Virus record (IMG/VR): IMGVR_UViG_3300020043_002749
Location: 1-53,963 of that record
Origin: a virus
Lineage: Duplodnaviria > Caudoviricetes
Strand: one strand, 5' to 3'
Length of the DNA stretch: 53,963 bases
The notes under the pieces are model-generated. The model was not told where the DNA came from, did no database searches, and saw only the letters and a program-made list of their open reading frames with translations. Positions 1 through 8,672 of this stretch are shown piece after piece; positions within the stretch are counted from its first letter, which is position 1, and every line of letters begins with the position of its first letter. The position numbers and the translations under genes were made by a program.

Positions 1-1
1 C

Positions 2-1354
2 AGTTGGAATGACACAGGTAAATATGAGCCTGTTGTAAAAACTGTCCCTACATTGTCTCACGTATCGATTTGGAATTTCTACCCAGACCCCGACGCAGCT
101 AATATGGATCAGGCAGAGTATGTTGTTGAACGACATAAGATGTCTAGACGAGACCTAAAAGACCTTAAAAAACGACCATATTTCCGTAAAGATGCTATTG
201 ATGATGCCCTTGATGCTGGAGCTGATTATCAGCGTGAGTATTGGGAATTTGTCATGGAGGATGAAAGCTCTGCCCCTGATGTAGAACGTTGGGAAGTTTT
301 GGAATATTGGGGCTACATGGAAGCTTCACTCCTTCGTGAAAAGGGGATTGATGTTTCCAAAGAGATTAAAGATGAAGACATGGTTAATGTCAACATCTGG
401 ACCTGTCAAAATGAAGTTCTTCGCCTAGTGATGAATCCCTTCCAACCGACACGTATTCCTTACTATGCTGCCCCATACGAAATGAACCCTTACAGCTTCT
501 TTGGTATTGGTGTTGCAGAAAATATGGAAGACACGCAAATCCTGATGAATGGATTTATGCGTATGGCTGTGGATAACGGTGCGTTGTCTGGGAACCTAGT
601 GTTTGAGATTGATGAGACAAACCTAGTTCCGGGTCAAGACCTTTCGATCTATCCGGGGAAAGTGTTTCGTCGTCAAGCTGGTGCTCCGGGACAAGCTTTG
701 TTTGGTACACAGTTCCCTAACGTATCTCAACAAAACCTTATGATGTTTGATAAGGCTCGTGTCCTCGCTGACGAGAGCACTGGTCTCCCTTCATATTCGT
801 ATGGACAGACAGGTATTCAAGGGGTTGGTAGAACTGCCTCTGGCATCTCTATGTTAATGAACGCAGCTAACGGTTCCATTAGAACTGTTGTTAAAAACTT
901 GGATGATTACCTCCTTGCTCCTCTTGGTAAAGCTTTCTTTGCATTCAACATGCAATTTGACTTTGACCCTGAAATCAAAGGTGATCTAGAGGTCTCTGCT
1001 CGTGGTACGGAAAGTTTGATGGCTGGTGAAGTCAGAAGCCAACGTTTGATGCAGTTCCTTGGTGTTGTATCTAATCCCATCCTCGCTCCGTTTGCAAAAC
1101 TCGATATCATTGTCCGTGAGATTGCTAAATCTCTTGATCTTGATGAGGATAAAGTTACCAACTCTCTAGCAGATGCAGCTATTCAGGCTGAAATGATTAA
1201 AGGTATGATGCCCCCTACTGGACCCCAACAGGCTATGCCGGGTGCTCCTCCGGGAGTTCAGGCAACTGATACAACAGGTTCAGGTGGTGGTCAAATGGGT
1301 ACAGGGTCTGTTCCTGCTCCGGGGACCACTGGTTTCTCTGCTAATAATGGATAA
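2..1354 (+). CDS. Portal (head-tail connector) protein, 5'-truncated by the window edge
   Basis: Frame is open from position 2. Podovirus portal-like motifs (WNFYPDP, YEMNPYSFFGIGVAE, RMAVDN, GRTASGISMLM) and a Pro/Gly-rich tail. First gene of the head module. Confidence 0.9.
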   Translation, partial: SWNDTGKYEPVVKTVPTLSHVSIWNFYPDPDAANMDQAEYVVERHKMSRRDLKDLKKRPYFRKDAIDDALDAGADYQREYWEFVMEDESSAPDVERWEVLEYWGYMEASLLREKGIDVSKEIKDEDMVNVNIWTCQNEVLRLVMNPFQPTRIPYYAAPYEMNPYSFFGIGVAENMEDTQILMNGFMRMAVDNGALSGNLVFEIDETNLVPGQDLSIYPGKVFRRQAGAPGQALFGTQFPNVSQQNLMMFDKARVLADESTGLPSYSYGQTGIQGVGRTASGISMLMNAANGSIRTVVKNLDDYLLAPLGKAFFAFNMQFDFDPEIKGDLEVSARGTESLMAGEVRSQRLMQFLGVVSNPILAPFAKLDIIVREIAKSLDLDEDKVTNSLADAAIQAEMIKGMMPPTGPQQAMPGAPPGVQATDTTGSGGGQMGTGSVPAPGTTGFSANNG

Positions 1355-1356
1355 TT

Positions 1357-1911
1357 ATGAAGACCTGCTGCGATTGCAAACAACGCCTTACATACGAGTT
1401 CTTTAGTAAAAGATCAAAAAACCCTGATGGATATGAATTACGTTGTAAGACTTGCCGAAAAACTTTTAGGGAAAAATATAAAGATAAGGCACGAGAAACC
1501 TACTCTCGGTGGTATCAAGATAATAGAGAGCGTAAGGCTAACTATCAAGCAATAAGAAATCCGCTCATCCCCGAAAAACGTAAGATGTATCGTCAAACCT
1601 ATCGAGCTAAATATCTCACTACAGTTAGACTACGGGAGAGCTTGAAGAATACTGCTAGAAGAACTCGGATACCAAAGTGGTTGTCTAAAAAACAATGGCA
1701 AGATATCCAATATTTTTACTCATTACGGGATGAAGCGCAGATGTTAACTGGAGATAAATATCACGTTGACCATATTGTGCCCCTACAAGGTGAAAATGTT
1801 TGTGGTCTGCATGTTCCTTGGAATTTACAGGTACTCCCAGCAGATATTAATCTGGCGAAAAATAATTCTTTTTGCGGAACTCCGGGATTTAGTGCTAATG
1901 GAACAACTTAA
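1357..1911 (+). CDS. Free-standing HNH homing endonuclease
   Basis: N-terminal CxxC...CKTC zinc motif; C-terminal YHVDHIVPLQGENVCGLHVPWNLQVL...NLAKNN HNH motif. Confidence 0.9.
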   Translation: MKTCCDCKQRLTYEFFSKRSKNPDGYELRCKTCRKTFREKYKDKARETYSRWYQDNRERKANYQAIRNPLIPEKRKMYRQTYRAKYLTTVRLRESLKNTARRTRIPKWLSKKQWQDIQYFYSLRDEAQMLTGDKYHVDHIVPLQGENVCGLHVPWNLQVLPADINLAKNNSFCGTPGFSANGTT

Positions 1912-2098
1912 GAAGTTTGTTAATAGTTACGACATTTATCAAGCCTTTCTGGCTTATATCGAAGACAAGATTAAATCTGAACAAAAGAACTTAGAGCAAG
2001 CGGTTAAGATTGAGGATGTGTATCGTCTACAAGGACGTATCATTGCCCTTCGCCGCTTGCTTAACATTCGTGATGAAGTAAACATGGATAAACGATAA
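1898..2098 (+). CDS. Small coiled-coil protein downstream of the portal (MEQLKKFVNS...)
   Basis: ATG at 1898 overlaps the HNH end. The YRLQGRIIALRRL motif is typical of the small post-portal gene in podoviruses. TAATG coupling to the next gene. Confidence 0.7.
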   Translation: MEQLKKFVNSYDIYQAFLAYIEDKIKSEQKNLEQAVKIEDVYRLQGRIIALRRLLNIRDEVNMDKR

Positions 2099-5000
2099 TG
2101 GCTGATACATGGCTCACACCAGATAAAAAAGAAGGTCTTCTGAAGTATATCGAAGAGGGCGCTAACGAAGAAGATTTGTTAGCTGCTGGCTATACCAAAG
2201 ATAACCTGACTGAGGTGGGCTGGTATCAACCTACTGAGTGGGAAGCTGGCCCACATCACCCCGAAGCTCAGATATTTGAAACAGTTGACACCTATACCCC
2301 CACACGAAGAGAAAACCTTCGTGGTAATGTAGAAGGTCTATTGACTAAGTTTGGTGCTCCCGAAGGGGCTGCATACGATATTGCTACAGACTTAGTTGGA
2401 ACCGAAAATGACGTAGGTCTTGCAGATTTTAGCCCACTTGGTCTAGTCTTTGGTGCTCAAGAGGGCAAACGTCAGATTGAACGTGGCATTAACGCCGGAG
2501 ATAAATCTGACATTGCTCTTGGGGCTTTAAATCTGGGACTAAGTGCCGCAGAAGCCATTCCCGGAGTTGGAGCATTAGCTAAAGGTGTTGGTAAGCTCGC
2601 TAATAAAGCGGTTAAGAACTACGACCCCACCGTTATCAGTGCTATGGGTGCTTCACACAAAGTGCCTTCGTACACGGTAAAAGACCCCTTTGAGCAAGAC
2701 CCTTTTGAGAGCTTTATTGACAATTTTTCGTTTAGAGACCCTCTTGTAGAGGTGTTTAATGAAATGGAAATCCCAGAAAAAGGCTTAAAGGGTTCTCAAC
2801 TTATTAAAGAACTCCAAGATAATCCAACTGTAAGAAACTCTCAAATTAAGTCTCAACGGATTAACGATTTAATTGACCCTCAAAAACGTTACACCAAGGA
2901 AGAAATTGGGCAAATTTTGTCCTCTTCGGCCTATGACGTAAGAGCTTATGATGCCCGTCGTTATGAATCCTACCAACGGCAGTTTGACTTGGTGGATAAA
3001 GAGGTTCCCGGAGGTTACACTGAGTACTCTATTGAAGCCTCTAATACTACGGCAGATCAGCCGAAATTTAAGGCCAATAACCAGCATTACCAATCAGACA
3101 CATTAGCTCACGTAAGGTTAAGTGAACGAGCTGGTAAAGATGGAAACTACATCTTAGTTGAAGAGCTACAGTCTGACCTACTACAACATGGGTTTATAAA
3201 ACCTGCGGGCAGTTGGGATGATGCAAAAAAAGAGTATTTAAAACAAATCTCTGATCCAACTCGTGCTCACATTGCAAGTCGTATTAACGAAAAAGACTTG
3301 AAGGTTTATACTACTACACTTCAAGACTTAGACGAACAAACCCTTAAAGATTACTATGGTACAACAGATGTAGGCGCTATATCTAATGATCTAGTCGGTA
3401 TTGTTAACACTATCGCTAAGAGGGCTGGATTAGACCCGTCTAAAGCTGGGATTAACCAAGAGATTGCTGATGTAGTTTTTGAGTTGTCTGAGGTTATCCC
3501 ACCCGGACTTGGGAACCTTACAACCCCACCTGTTGCAAAAACAGAAGAGACCGTAAGGCTTGGGCTTCAGACAGCAATGGCACATGCTAACAAGAAAGGG
3601 CTGACTAAAGTTGTTATCCCATCTATTAAAAAAATTGTAGAAAAGCGTTTTTCAAGCCAAAGTGAAATTGAAAAAGCTATGGACCCTAAAAGTGGGTTTT
3701 ACGCCACGTACGTATCTGGGGTTAACAAGGTTTTACGTGACCTACAAAAGGAATTTGGTGACGACATCCAAGTTAAATCTGTTGGTCTTGAGTATGACCC
3801 TACTAAAAAAGAACATGACTTTGGTGTTCTTGAGGATGACCTAATAGACGAAGACGCAGCTCTACCAGATTTAGCTCCACCAACGCCTGTTAGTCCAGAG
3901 GCTATGGTCTTCAACCCTGTATTCAGGGAGGCTATCAGTGAGAATTTTGCAGCCGCTGGAATTACGGGCAGAACCAGTTTTGGTAGAAGGAGTTTTGGCG
4001 AGATTAACTCTTTAGCCGAAAAAGTTATTAATAGGGGAGACTCTAGCCTTCGAGAAGTGCTTGGGGATGAGGGATATGCAAGGTTTTACGCTTTTAGGTC
4101 AGCTATAAACTCTGTGTACCCGAATGTCAGAATCTTTACTGCTTTTGAGGACATGGCGAATAGTGGGTCGAGTTTTATAGAGGCGCTATTTAAACAAATC
4201 CCTCAAAAAACTAAAACTGCCCCTAAAATAAAAACTGAGCAAGGTATTGAGATTGACTTTTCCAAGCTTGCTGAGAAAGGTTACGACCTAACAAAACCTA
4301 AATTTGCCGAAGGAGGCGCTGTGACAAACGTTGACCCCGTTAGTGGTAACGAAATTCCTCCGGGAAGTTTACCTCAAGAAGTCAGAGATGATGTAGATGC
4401 AAAGCTTAGTGAAGGTGAGTATGTCCTTCCTGCTGATGTTGTTCGTTACTTTGGACTTGACTATATCGAGAAGCTTGTTAATAAAGCTAAACAAGGTATG
4501 GAAGAGTTTCAATCTAACGGCAGAATTGGAGGAAAGACTGACGAAGACCTTCCTTTCTCTCCTGAAGAGTTGCAAGCACATGAAGCAGAGATGGCCTCTG
4601 GGCCGCCTCAGATGGCCGTAGGAGGCCTTGTCCCTTCCGCAGGTGGCATCACCGATGAAACTACTAAACCTCCTGTAGACCCTGTTACAGGGCTTCCTTG
4701 GTGGCTTCTTCAACAGAAGCAACAAGAGCAGCAAGAGGTTAAGGCTCCGGCAGTTAGAACACAATCTGATCGTGAGACGGCTAGACTGGCTGAAGAACCC
4801 AAAGGTTTGGCAGGTAGTGTAGACAAGTGGTCCACGAAAGATTTCATCACTTATGCAAATACTAGGGGAGACACTGCCAATCGTATCATCGAAACTGGTA
4901 TTGCCTCTATTATCCCTCTTGGTGGGTTGGCTCTTAAAGCTAGGTACAAATACTTAGACAAGAATGTTCCCACTCAATTGGATAGCATGATTGCATCTGG

Positions 5001-5319
5001 TAAGGACGCAGCAGGAAACCCAATCTCCGCTGCTGAACTTGCAGAGCTAAAAGCCGCAAAAGAAAAACTGGCTTCTTCTGGTAGTTATACTCCCGGAGTA
5101 AAAGGTGCTGGCGCAGGATTGGGGGGTATTTTTAAGGGTGGCCTTGGCAACCTCTTCGGAGGTAACAAAGCAAAAACAACTCCTGCAACAACTCCTAGTA
5201 AACCTGCTGCTACGGCATCCACAAGTAAACCAGCTAGTACACCAACAAAAATAGCTTCTCCCCCCTCCCAAGCAGCAAGAGCTGGATTTGGAAAAGGTGG
5301 ATTAATCACACGTCGTTAA
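2098..5319 (+). CDS. Large putative virion-associated/ejected protein (1073 aa)
   Basis: Lies between portal and scaffold. Contains HVRLSER...VEELQSD and DPVSGNEIPPG...LSEGEYVLPADVVRYFG segments and repeated [FM]xxGG[ALS] motifs. Confidence 0.65.
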   Translation: MADTWLTPDKKEGLLKYIEEGANEEDLLAAGYTKDNLTEVGWYQPTEWEAGPHHPEAQIFETVDTYTPTRRENLRGNVEGLLTKFGAPEGAAYDIATDLVGTENDVGLADFSPLGLVFGAQEGKRQIERGINAGDKSDIALGALNLGLSAAEAIPGVGALAKGVGKLANKAVKNYDPTVISAMGASHKVPSYTVKDPFEQDPFESFIDNFSFRDPLVEVFNEMEIPEKGLKGSQLIKELQDNPTVRNSQIKSQRINDLIDPQKRYTKEEIGQILSSSAYDVRAYDARRYESYQRQFDLVDKEVPGGYTEYSIEASNTTADQPKFKANNQHYQSDTLAHVRLSERAGKDGNYILVEELQSDLLQHGFIKPAGSWDDAKKEYLKQISDPTRAHIASRINEKDLKVYTTTLQDLDEQTLKDYYGTTDVGAISNDLVGIVNTIAKRAGLDPSKAGINQEIADVVFELSEVIPPGLGNLTTPPVAKTEETVRLGLQTAMAHANKKGLTKVVIPSIKKIVEKRFSSQSEIEKAMDPKSGFYATYVSGVNKVLRDLQKEFGDDIQVKSVGLEYDPTKKEHDFGVLEDDLIDEDAALPDLAPPTPVSPEAMVFNPVFREAISENFAAAGITGRTSFGRRSFGEINSLAEKVINRGDSSLREVLGDEGYARFYAFRSAINSVYPNVRIFTAFEDMANSGSSFIEALFKQIPQKTKTAPKIKTEQGIEIDFSKLAEKGYDLTKPKFAEGGAVTNVDPVSGNEIPPGSLPQEVRDDVDAKLSEGEYVLPADVVRYFGLDYIEKLVNKAKQGMEEFQSNGRIGGKTDEDLPFSPEELQAHEAEMASGPPQMAVGGLVPSAGGITDETTKPPVDPVTGLPWWLLQQKQQEQQEVKAPAVRTQSDRETARLAEEPKGLAGSVDKWSTKDFITYANTRGDTANRIIETGIASIIPLGGLALKARYKYLDKNVPTQLDSMIASGKDAAGNPISAAELAELKAAKEKLASSGSYTPGVKGAGAGLGGIFKGGLGNLFGGNKAKTTPATTPSKPAATASTSKPASTPTKIASPPSQAARAGFGKGGLITRR

Positions 5320-5362
5320 CATTTATGGCCCCCTGCCAAAGAGCAGCCCCAGAGGAAACCTT

Positions 5363-6142
5363 ATGACACATATCCCTCCCCGTTCTGTTAGTCGCCTTGA
5401 GCAAGAGCTTGAAGAGCTAGAAAAGGAACATATGACTGCCTCCCAAAAAGAGGAGGAAGTTGAAGAAGAGGAAGAAGAGGAGATCGTTGAAGACACTCCT
5501 GTATCAAAAGAAGAGGAAACGTGGAAGAAACGCCACGGTGATCTTCGTAGATTGCTACAGAAGAAAGAAGAAGAGTATAAAGCTCAAATTAAGTCTTTAG
5601 AACGATCTAAAACCACTTCTGACCTTCCCTCTGTAGAAGAGGCAGAACAGTGGGCAAAAGAAAATCCCAAAGCAGCGGCAATTATCCGCGCCTTGGCTAA
5701 CGAACAAGTCTCCCCTAATAACGAAGAGGTTTTGGCCATTCGTAATGAGTTGGAGATGAGTAAACAAAAACTCCGTATCGAAAAGGTCCACCCGGACTTT
5801 GAAGAGATTACGGATAGTGACGAGTTTCACGATTGGGCGAACGAACAGACCCAATCTGTGCAAAAACTTATTTTTAATGGTGATGCCGAAGATGCTATCT
5901 GGGCTGTCAGCTTGTTTAAGAAAGAGAAAAAAGCAGGCAAGACTAACCCAAGCAAAGAAGCAGCTAAAACCATTTCTAATAAGGTGTCCTCTGCACCAAC
6001 AGACACAAGCGGTAAAAAACGCTTTACAGAGTCTCAGGTGCAGAAAATGTCGCTCGCAGAGTATGAAGTGAATGAAGCAGCAATCCTTGAATCTCAACGG
6101 TCTGGTTCATTCGTTTACGACCTCTCTGGTGCGGCTCGTTAA
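5363..6142 (+). CDS. Capsid scaffolding protein
   Basis: Acidic coiled-coil protein (EETWKKRHGDLRR, HPDF...EFHDW, YDLSGAAR) immediately upstream of the major capsid gene. Confidence 0.8.
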   Translation: MTHIPPRSVSRLEQELEELEKEHMTASQKEEEVEEEEEEEIVEDTPVSKEEETWKKRHGDLRRLLQKKEEEYKAQIKSLERSKTTSDLPSVEEAEQWAKENPKAAAIIRALANEQVSPNNEEVLAIRNELEMSKQKLRIEKVHPDFEEITDSDEFHDWANEQTQSVQKLIFNGDAEDAIWAVSLFKKEKKAGKTNPSKEAAKTISNKVSSAPTDTSGKKRFTESQVQKMSLAEYEVNEAAILESQRSGSFVYDLSGAAR

Positions 6143-6334
6143 TTTAGCCGATAGGGATTGCAACCCCCTTCCTACCTAAATTAACACTAAAACACAAAAG
6201 ATTACCCGATCAAGTAGGAGCCGAAGGTATGGGCACATACACTTCCCCCCTCTAAAAGAGAGGCCCTTGTGTGTTGGTGGTCGTTAAACTAACCGAGGGA
6301 TTTTCCCTCTTCCATCAACAAAAGGATTATAATT
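6143..6334 (+). promoter_or_regulatory. Structured 5' leader of the major capsid gene
   Basis: 192-nt intergenic region with stems at 6223-6245, 6249-6263 and 6295-6309, followed by RBS AAAGGA at 6321-6326. Confidence 0.5.
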
Positions 6335-7402
6335 ATGGCTTTTCGTTCCGCTGCTGGTCATGGCAGCCTTCCTAATGGCGTCTTTTCGCCGATCATCTAC
6401 TCCAAGAAAGCCCAGTTGGCTTTCCGTCGTGCTTCGGTTTGCCAAGCAATCACTAACACTGAATACTTCGGTGAGATTGCTTCGTTCGGTGACTCGGTAA
6501 AGGTCATCAAAGAGCCGGATATCCAAATCCGTTCGTACTCGCGCGGTAAACTGATTGTTCCGCAAGACCTCGTTGACGAAGACTTCACGCTGATCATCGA
6601 TCAAGCTAACGAGTTTGCGTTCCAACTTGAAGATGTTGAACAAGCTCACTCGCATATCAACTGGATGGGTCTGGCAACAGATCGTGCAGGTTTCCGCCTG
6701 AAAGACCAGTTTGACGCCGAGGTTCTTGGCTACATTGGTGGCTATAAGCAGTCGGCCATTGGTTCGCCTGCTGATACGGCTCGTGTTGCTGCCGATATCC
6801 CCGGCACTAAGGCTGTTTCGACCGCAGGTGCTGACGAACTTCTGACCTCGAACAAACTGATCAAAGGTTCGTTCTTGGCTTCGGGTGGTGACAACTCTGT
6901 TCCGGTCGCTCCGCGCTTCCCCGGCCAACAGACTAAGCCGACTGATCTGGTCTCTCCGCTGACCATTCTGGCCCGTATGGCACGTAATCTGGACCTCCAG
7001 AACGTTGACCAAGCTGGCCGTTGGGTGGTTATTGACCCGGTGTTCGCTGAGATGCTGAAAGACGAAGACAGCCGTCTGTTCAACGCTGACTACTCTGAAA
7101 AGGGTGGCTTGCGTAATGGTCAGATTGGTCGCCAAATCCACGGCTTTAATATCCACATGTCGAACTCGCTTCCTCGTGTTGGTACTGGCCCGTCCACGAC
7201 TGGTACTACCAGCCAAAACACCAACTACGGCCTCTTGATTGCTGGTCATAGCTCTGCGGTGGCTTCGGCAGAAAACATCACAAAAACCGAGAACTTCCGT
7301 TCGCAGGAAGCTTTCGCTGATGTGGTTCGCGGTATGCACGTCTATGGTCGTAAGATTCTGCGTCCTGAAGCAATCGTAACCGTTAAATATAACGTTGCAT
7401 AA
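6335..7402 (+). CDS. Major capsid protein (HK97 fold, P22-coat-like)
   Basis: LPNGVFSPIIYSKK, YFGEIASFGDSVKVIKEP and FADVVRGMHVYGRKILRPEA motifs; strongly biased codon usage; follows the scaffold gene. Confidence 0.92.
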   Translation: MAFRSAAGHGSLPNGVFSPIIYSKKAQLAFRRASVCQAITNTEYFGEIASFGDSVKVIKEPDIQIRSYSRGKLIVPQDLVDEDFTLIIDQANEFAFQLEDVEQAHSHINWMGLATDRAGFRLKDQFDAEVLGYIGGYKQSAIGSPADTARVAADIPGTKAVSTAGADELLTSNKLIKGSFLASGGDNSVPVAPRFPGQQTKPTDLVSPLTILARMARNLDLQNVDQAGRWVVIDPVFAEMLKDEDSRLFNADYSEKGGLRNGQIGRQIHGFNIHMSNSLPRVGTGPSTTGTTSQNTNYGLLIAGHSSAVASAENITKTENFRSQEAFADVVRGMHVYGRKILRPEAIVTVKYNVA

Positions 7403-7410
7403 TGATTAGC

Positions 7411-7437
7411 GGGGAGGAATAATCCTCCCCTCTTTTT
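7411..7437 (+). terminator. Intrinsic terminator/attenuator after the capsid gene
   Basis: GGGGAGGA-ataa-TCCTCCCC stem followed by TCTTTTT. Confidence 0.7.
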
Positions 7438-7455
7438 CCTGAAAGGATACAGAAT

Positions 7456-7914
7456 ATGGCTACTCTTAATAGCGCATTGCGTAACACTTCTGGTGTGTTC
7501 GATGGCGGGCAGAAAAAGTTTGCTCGTGCCGTAGAATTTACCTTTAACTTCTCGGCAGACGCCACTATGGGCACTGCTACGGATGTTATTAACCTTGCTA
7601 CCTTCCCCGGCGGTACTGTTGTACTGGCTGTTGATGTGGAACAAGTAACTGTTGGTACTGGAACTGGTACGGTCGTTGGCCGTGTTGGCACAACCACTGC
7701 AACAGCTACTCTGGCCTCTACGGATGCAGTTGGCACCCGTCCTGCTACGGTCCCTGCTGCCCTTCCGTTGGTTGTGCCGCAGGCTGGTGCCGAACTGAAC
7801 CTGCTTGGTGCTACGGCTACCCGGCTTGATGGTAAAGTCAAGGTCACCGCGATTATCCTCGAAGCCAACACTCTCCCGGTTGTTGCCGGTATTGTTGCAC
7901 GAGACGTAATCTAA
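7456..7914 (+). CDS. Putative capsid decoration/cement protein
   Basis: 152 aa, beta-rich Thr/Ala/Val composition, capsid-like codon bias, strong RBS (AAAGGA), directly after the major capsid gene. Confidence 0.6.
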   Translation: MATLNSALRNTSGVFDGGQKKFARAVEFTFNFSADATMGTATDVINLATFPGGTVVLAVDVEQVTVGTGTGTVVGRVGTTTATATLASTDAVGTRPATVPAALPLVVPQAGAELNLLGATATRLDGKVKVTAIILEANTLPVVAGIVARDVI

Positions 7915-7921
7915 TATCTTT

Positions 7922-7966
7922 GGAGAGGGGGAGAGGGAAGAAATTTTCTCCTCTCCTCTCCTTTTT
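7922..7966 (+). terminator. Intrinsic terminator
   Basis: Purine/pyrimidine stem GGAGAGG...CCTCTCC followed by TTTTT. Confidence 0.65.
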
Positions 7967-7984
7967 CATATGTGAGGGTTGGCA

Positions 7985-8665
7985 ATGAATTTTCTCTCTT
8001 TGGTTAATGATGTTAACCAACGTCTTAACGAGGTACCGTTAACCTCAGCTAATTTTTCTGGCGCAACTGGTTACTATGCCGATGTTAAGAGTTATGTCAA
8101 CTCCGCCATCAACAGAATTAATCGTGAAGAGTTTGAGTGGCCTTTTAACCACATGACCAAAACTCAAACCTTGGTCGTAGACCAAATTAAATACCCCTTT
8201 GAGAGCGATGCTAAGAGTGTAGCTTTTGATACCTTTCGTCTTAAAGGGGACGAGACATTAAATGTAACTTCTCGACCACTCAAAATTATCGACTACGAAG
8301 AGGTCTTGCAGAAGTACACAGATTACGAATTTAACCCTTCTGACTACGCTGATAAACCCCAAATGGTCTTTCGTAGCAGAAACGCGAGTTTTGGTATCAT
8401 CCCTCCGGCAGATCAAACTTATGACGTAGTGTACGAGTATTATAAACTCCCTACAGACTTAGTTAACTGGGACGACGTGCCCACAGTGCCGGAAAACTTT
8501 AAGTGGATTGTCTTAGAAGGTGCTATGTACTACGCATACCTGTTTCGTGGTGGCATAGAAGAGGCAACTGCGTCAAATCAGTTGTTTCAATCTGGCATCA
8601 AAGATATGCGTAAAATCTACATTAACCGAACAGAATATGCTCGTTCAACTGTAATTAGATCGTAG
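7985..8665 (+). CDS. Head-tail adaptor (tail tubular protein A-like)
   Basis: N-terminal FLSLVNDVNQRLNE, WPF motif, YEYY...DVPTVPE and a C-terminal helix; position after the head genes. Confidence 0.75.
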   Translation: MNFLSLVNDVNQRLNEVPLTSANFSGATGYYADVKSYVNSAINRINREEFEWPFNHMTKTQTLVVDQIKYPFESDAKSVAFDTFRLKGDETLNVTSRPLKIIDYEEVLQKYTDYEFNPSDYADKPQMVFRSRNASFGIIPPADQTYDVVYEYYKLPTDLVNWDDVPTVPENFKWIVLEGAMYYAYLFRGGIEEATASNQLFQSGIKDMRKIYINRTEYARSTVIRS

Positions 8666-8672
8666 GTGAATT

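Noticed and set aside
1322-1875. Group I intron in the portal gene containing the HNH
   Set aside because: The HNH ORF fills almost the whole insertion, leaving no room for a ribozyme core, and the portal already has its own stop codon.
1766-1897. N-terminal extension of ORF 1766-2098
   Set aside because: It overlaps the HNH catalytic region; ATG 1898 is the more plausible start.
6284-7339. 351-aa minus-strand ORF
   Set aside because: Antisense shadow of the codon-biased major capsid gene; no recognisable motifs.
7390-7460. T7 10A/10B-style frameshift or readthrough extension of the capsid protein
   Set aside because: Tandem TAA TGA stops, no slippery sequence seen, and the next gene has its own RBS.
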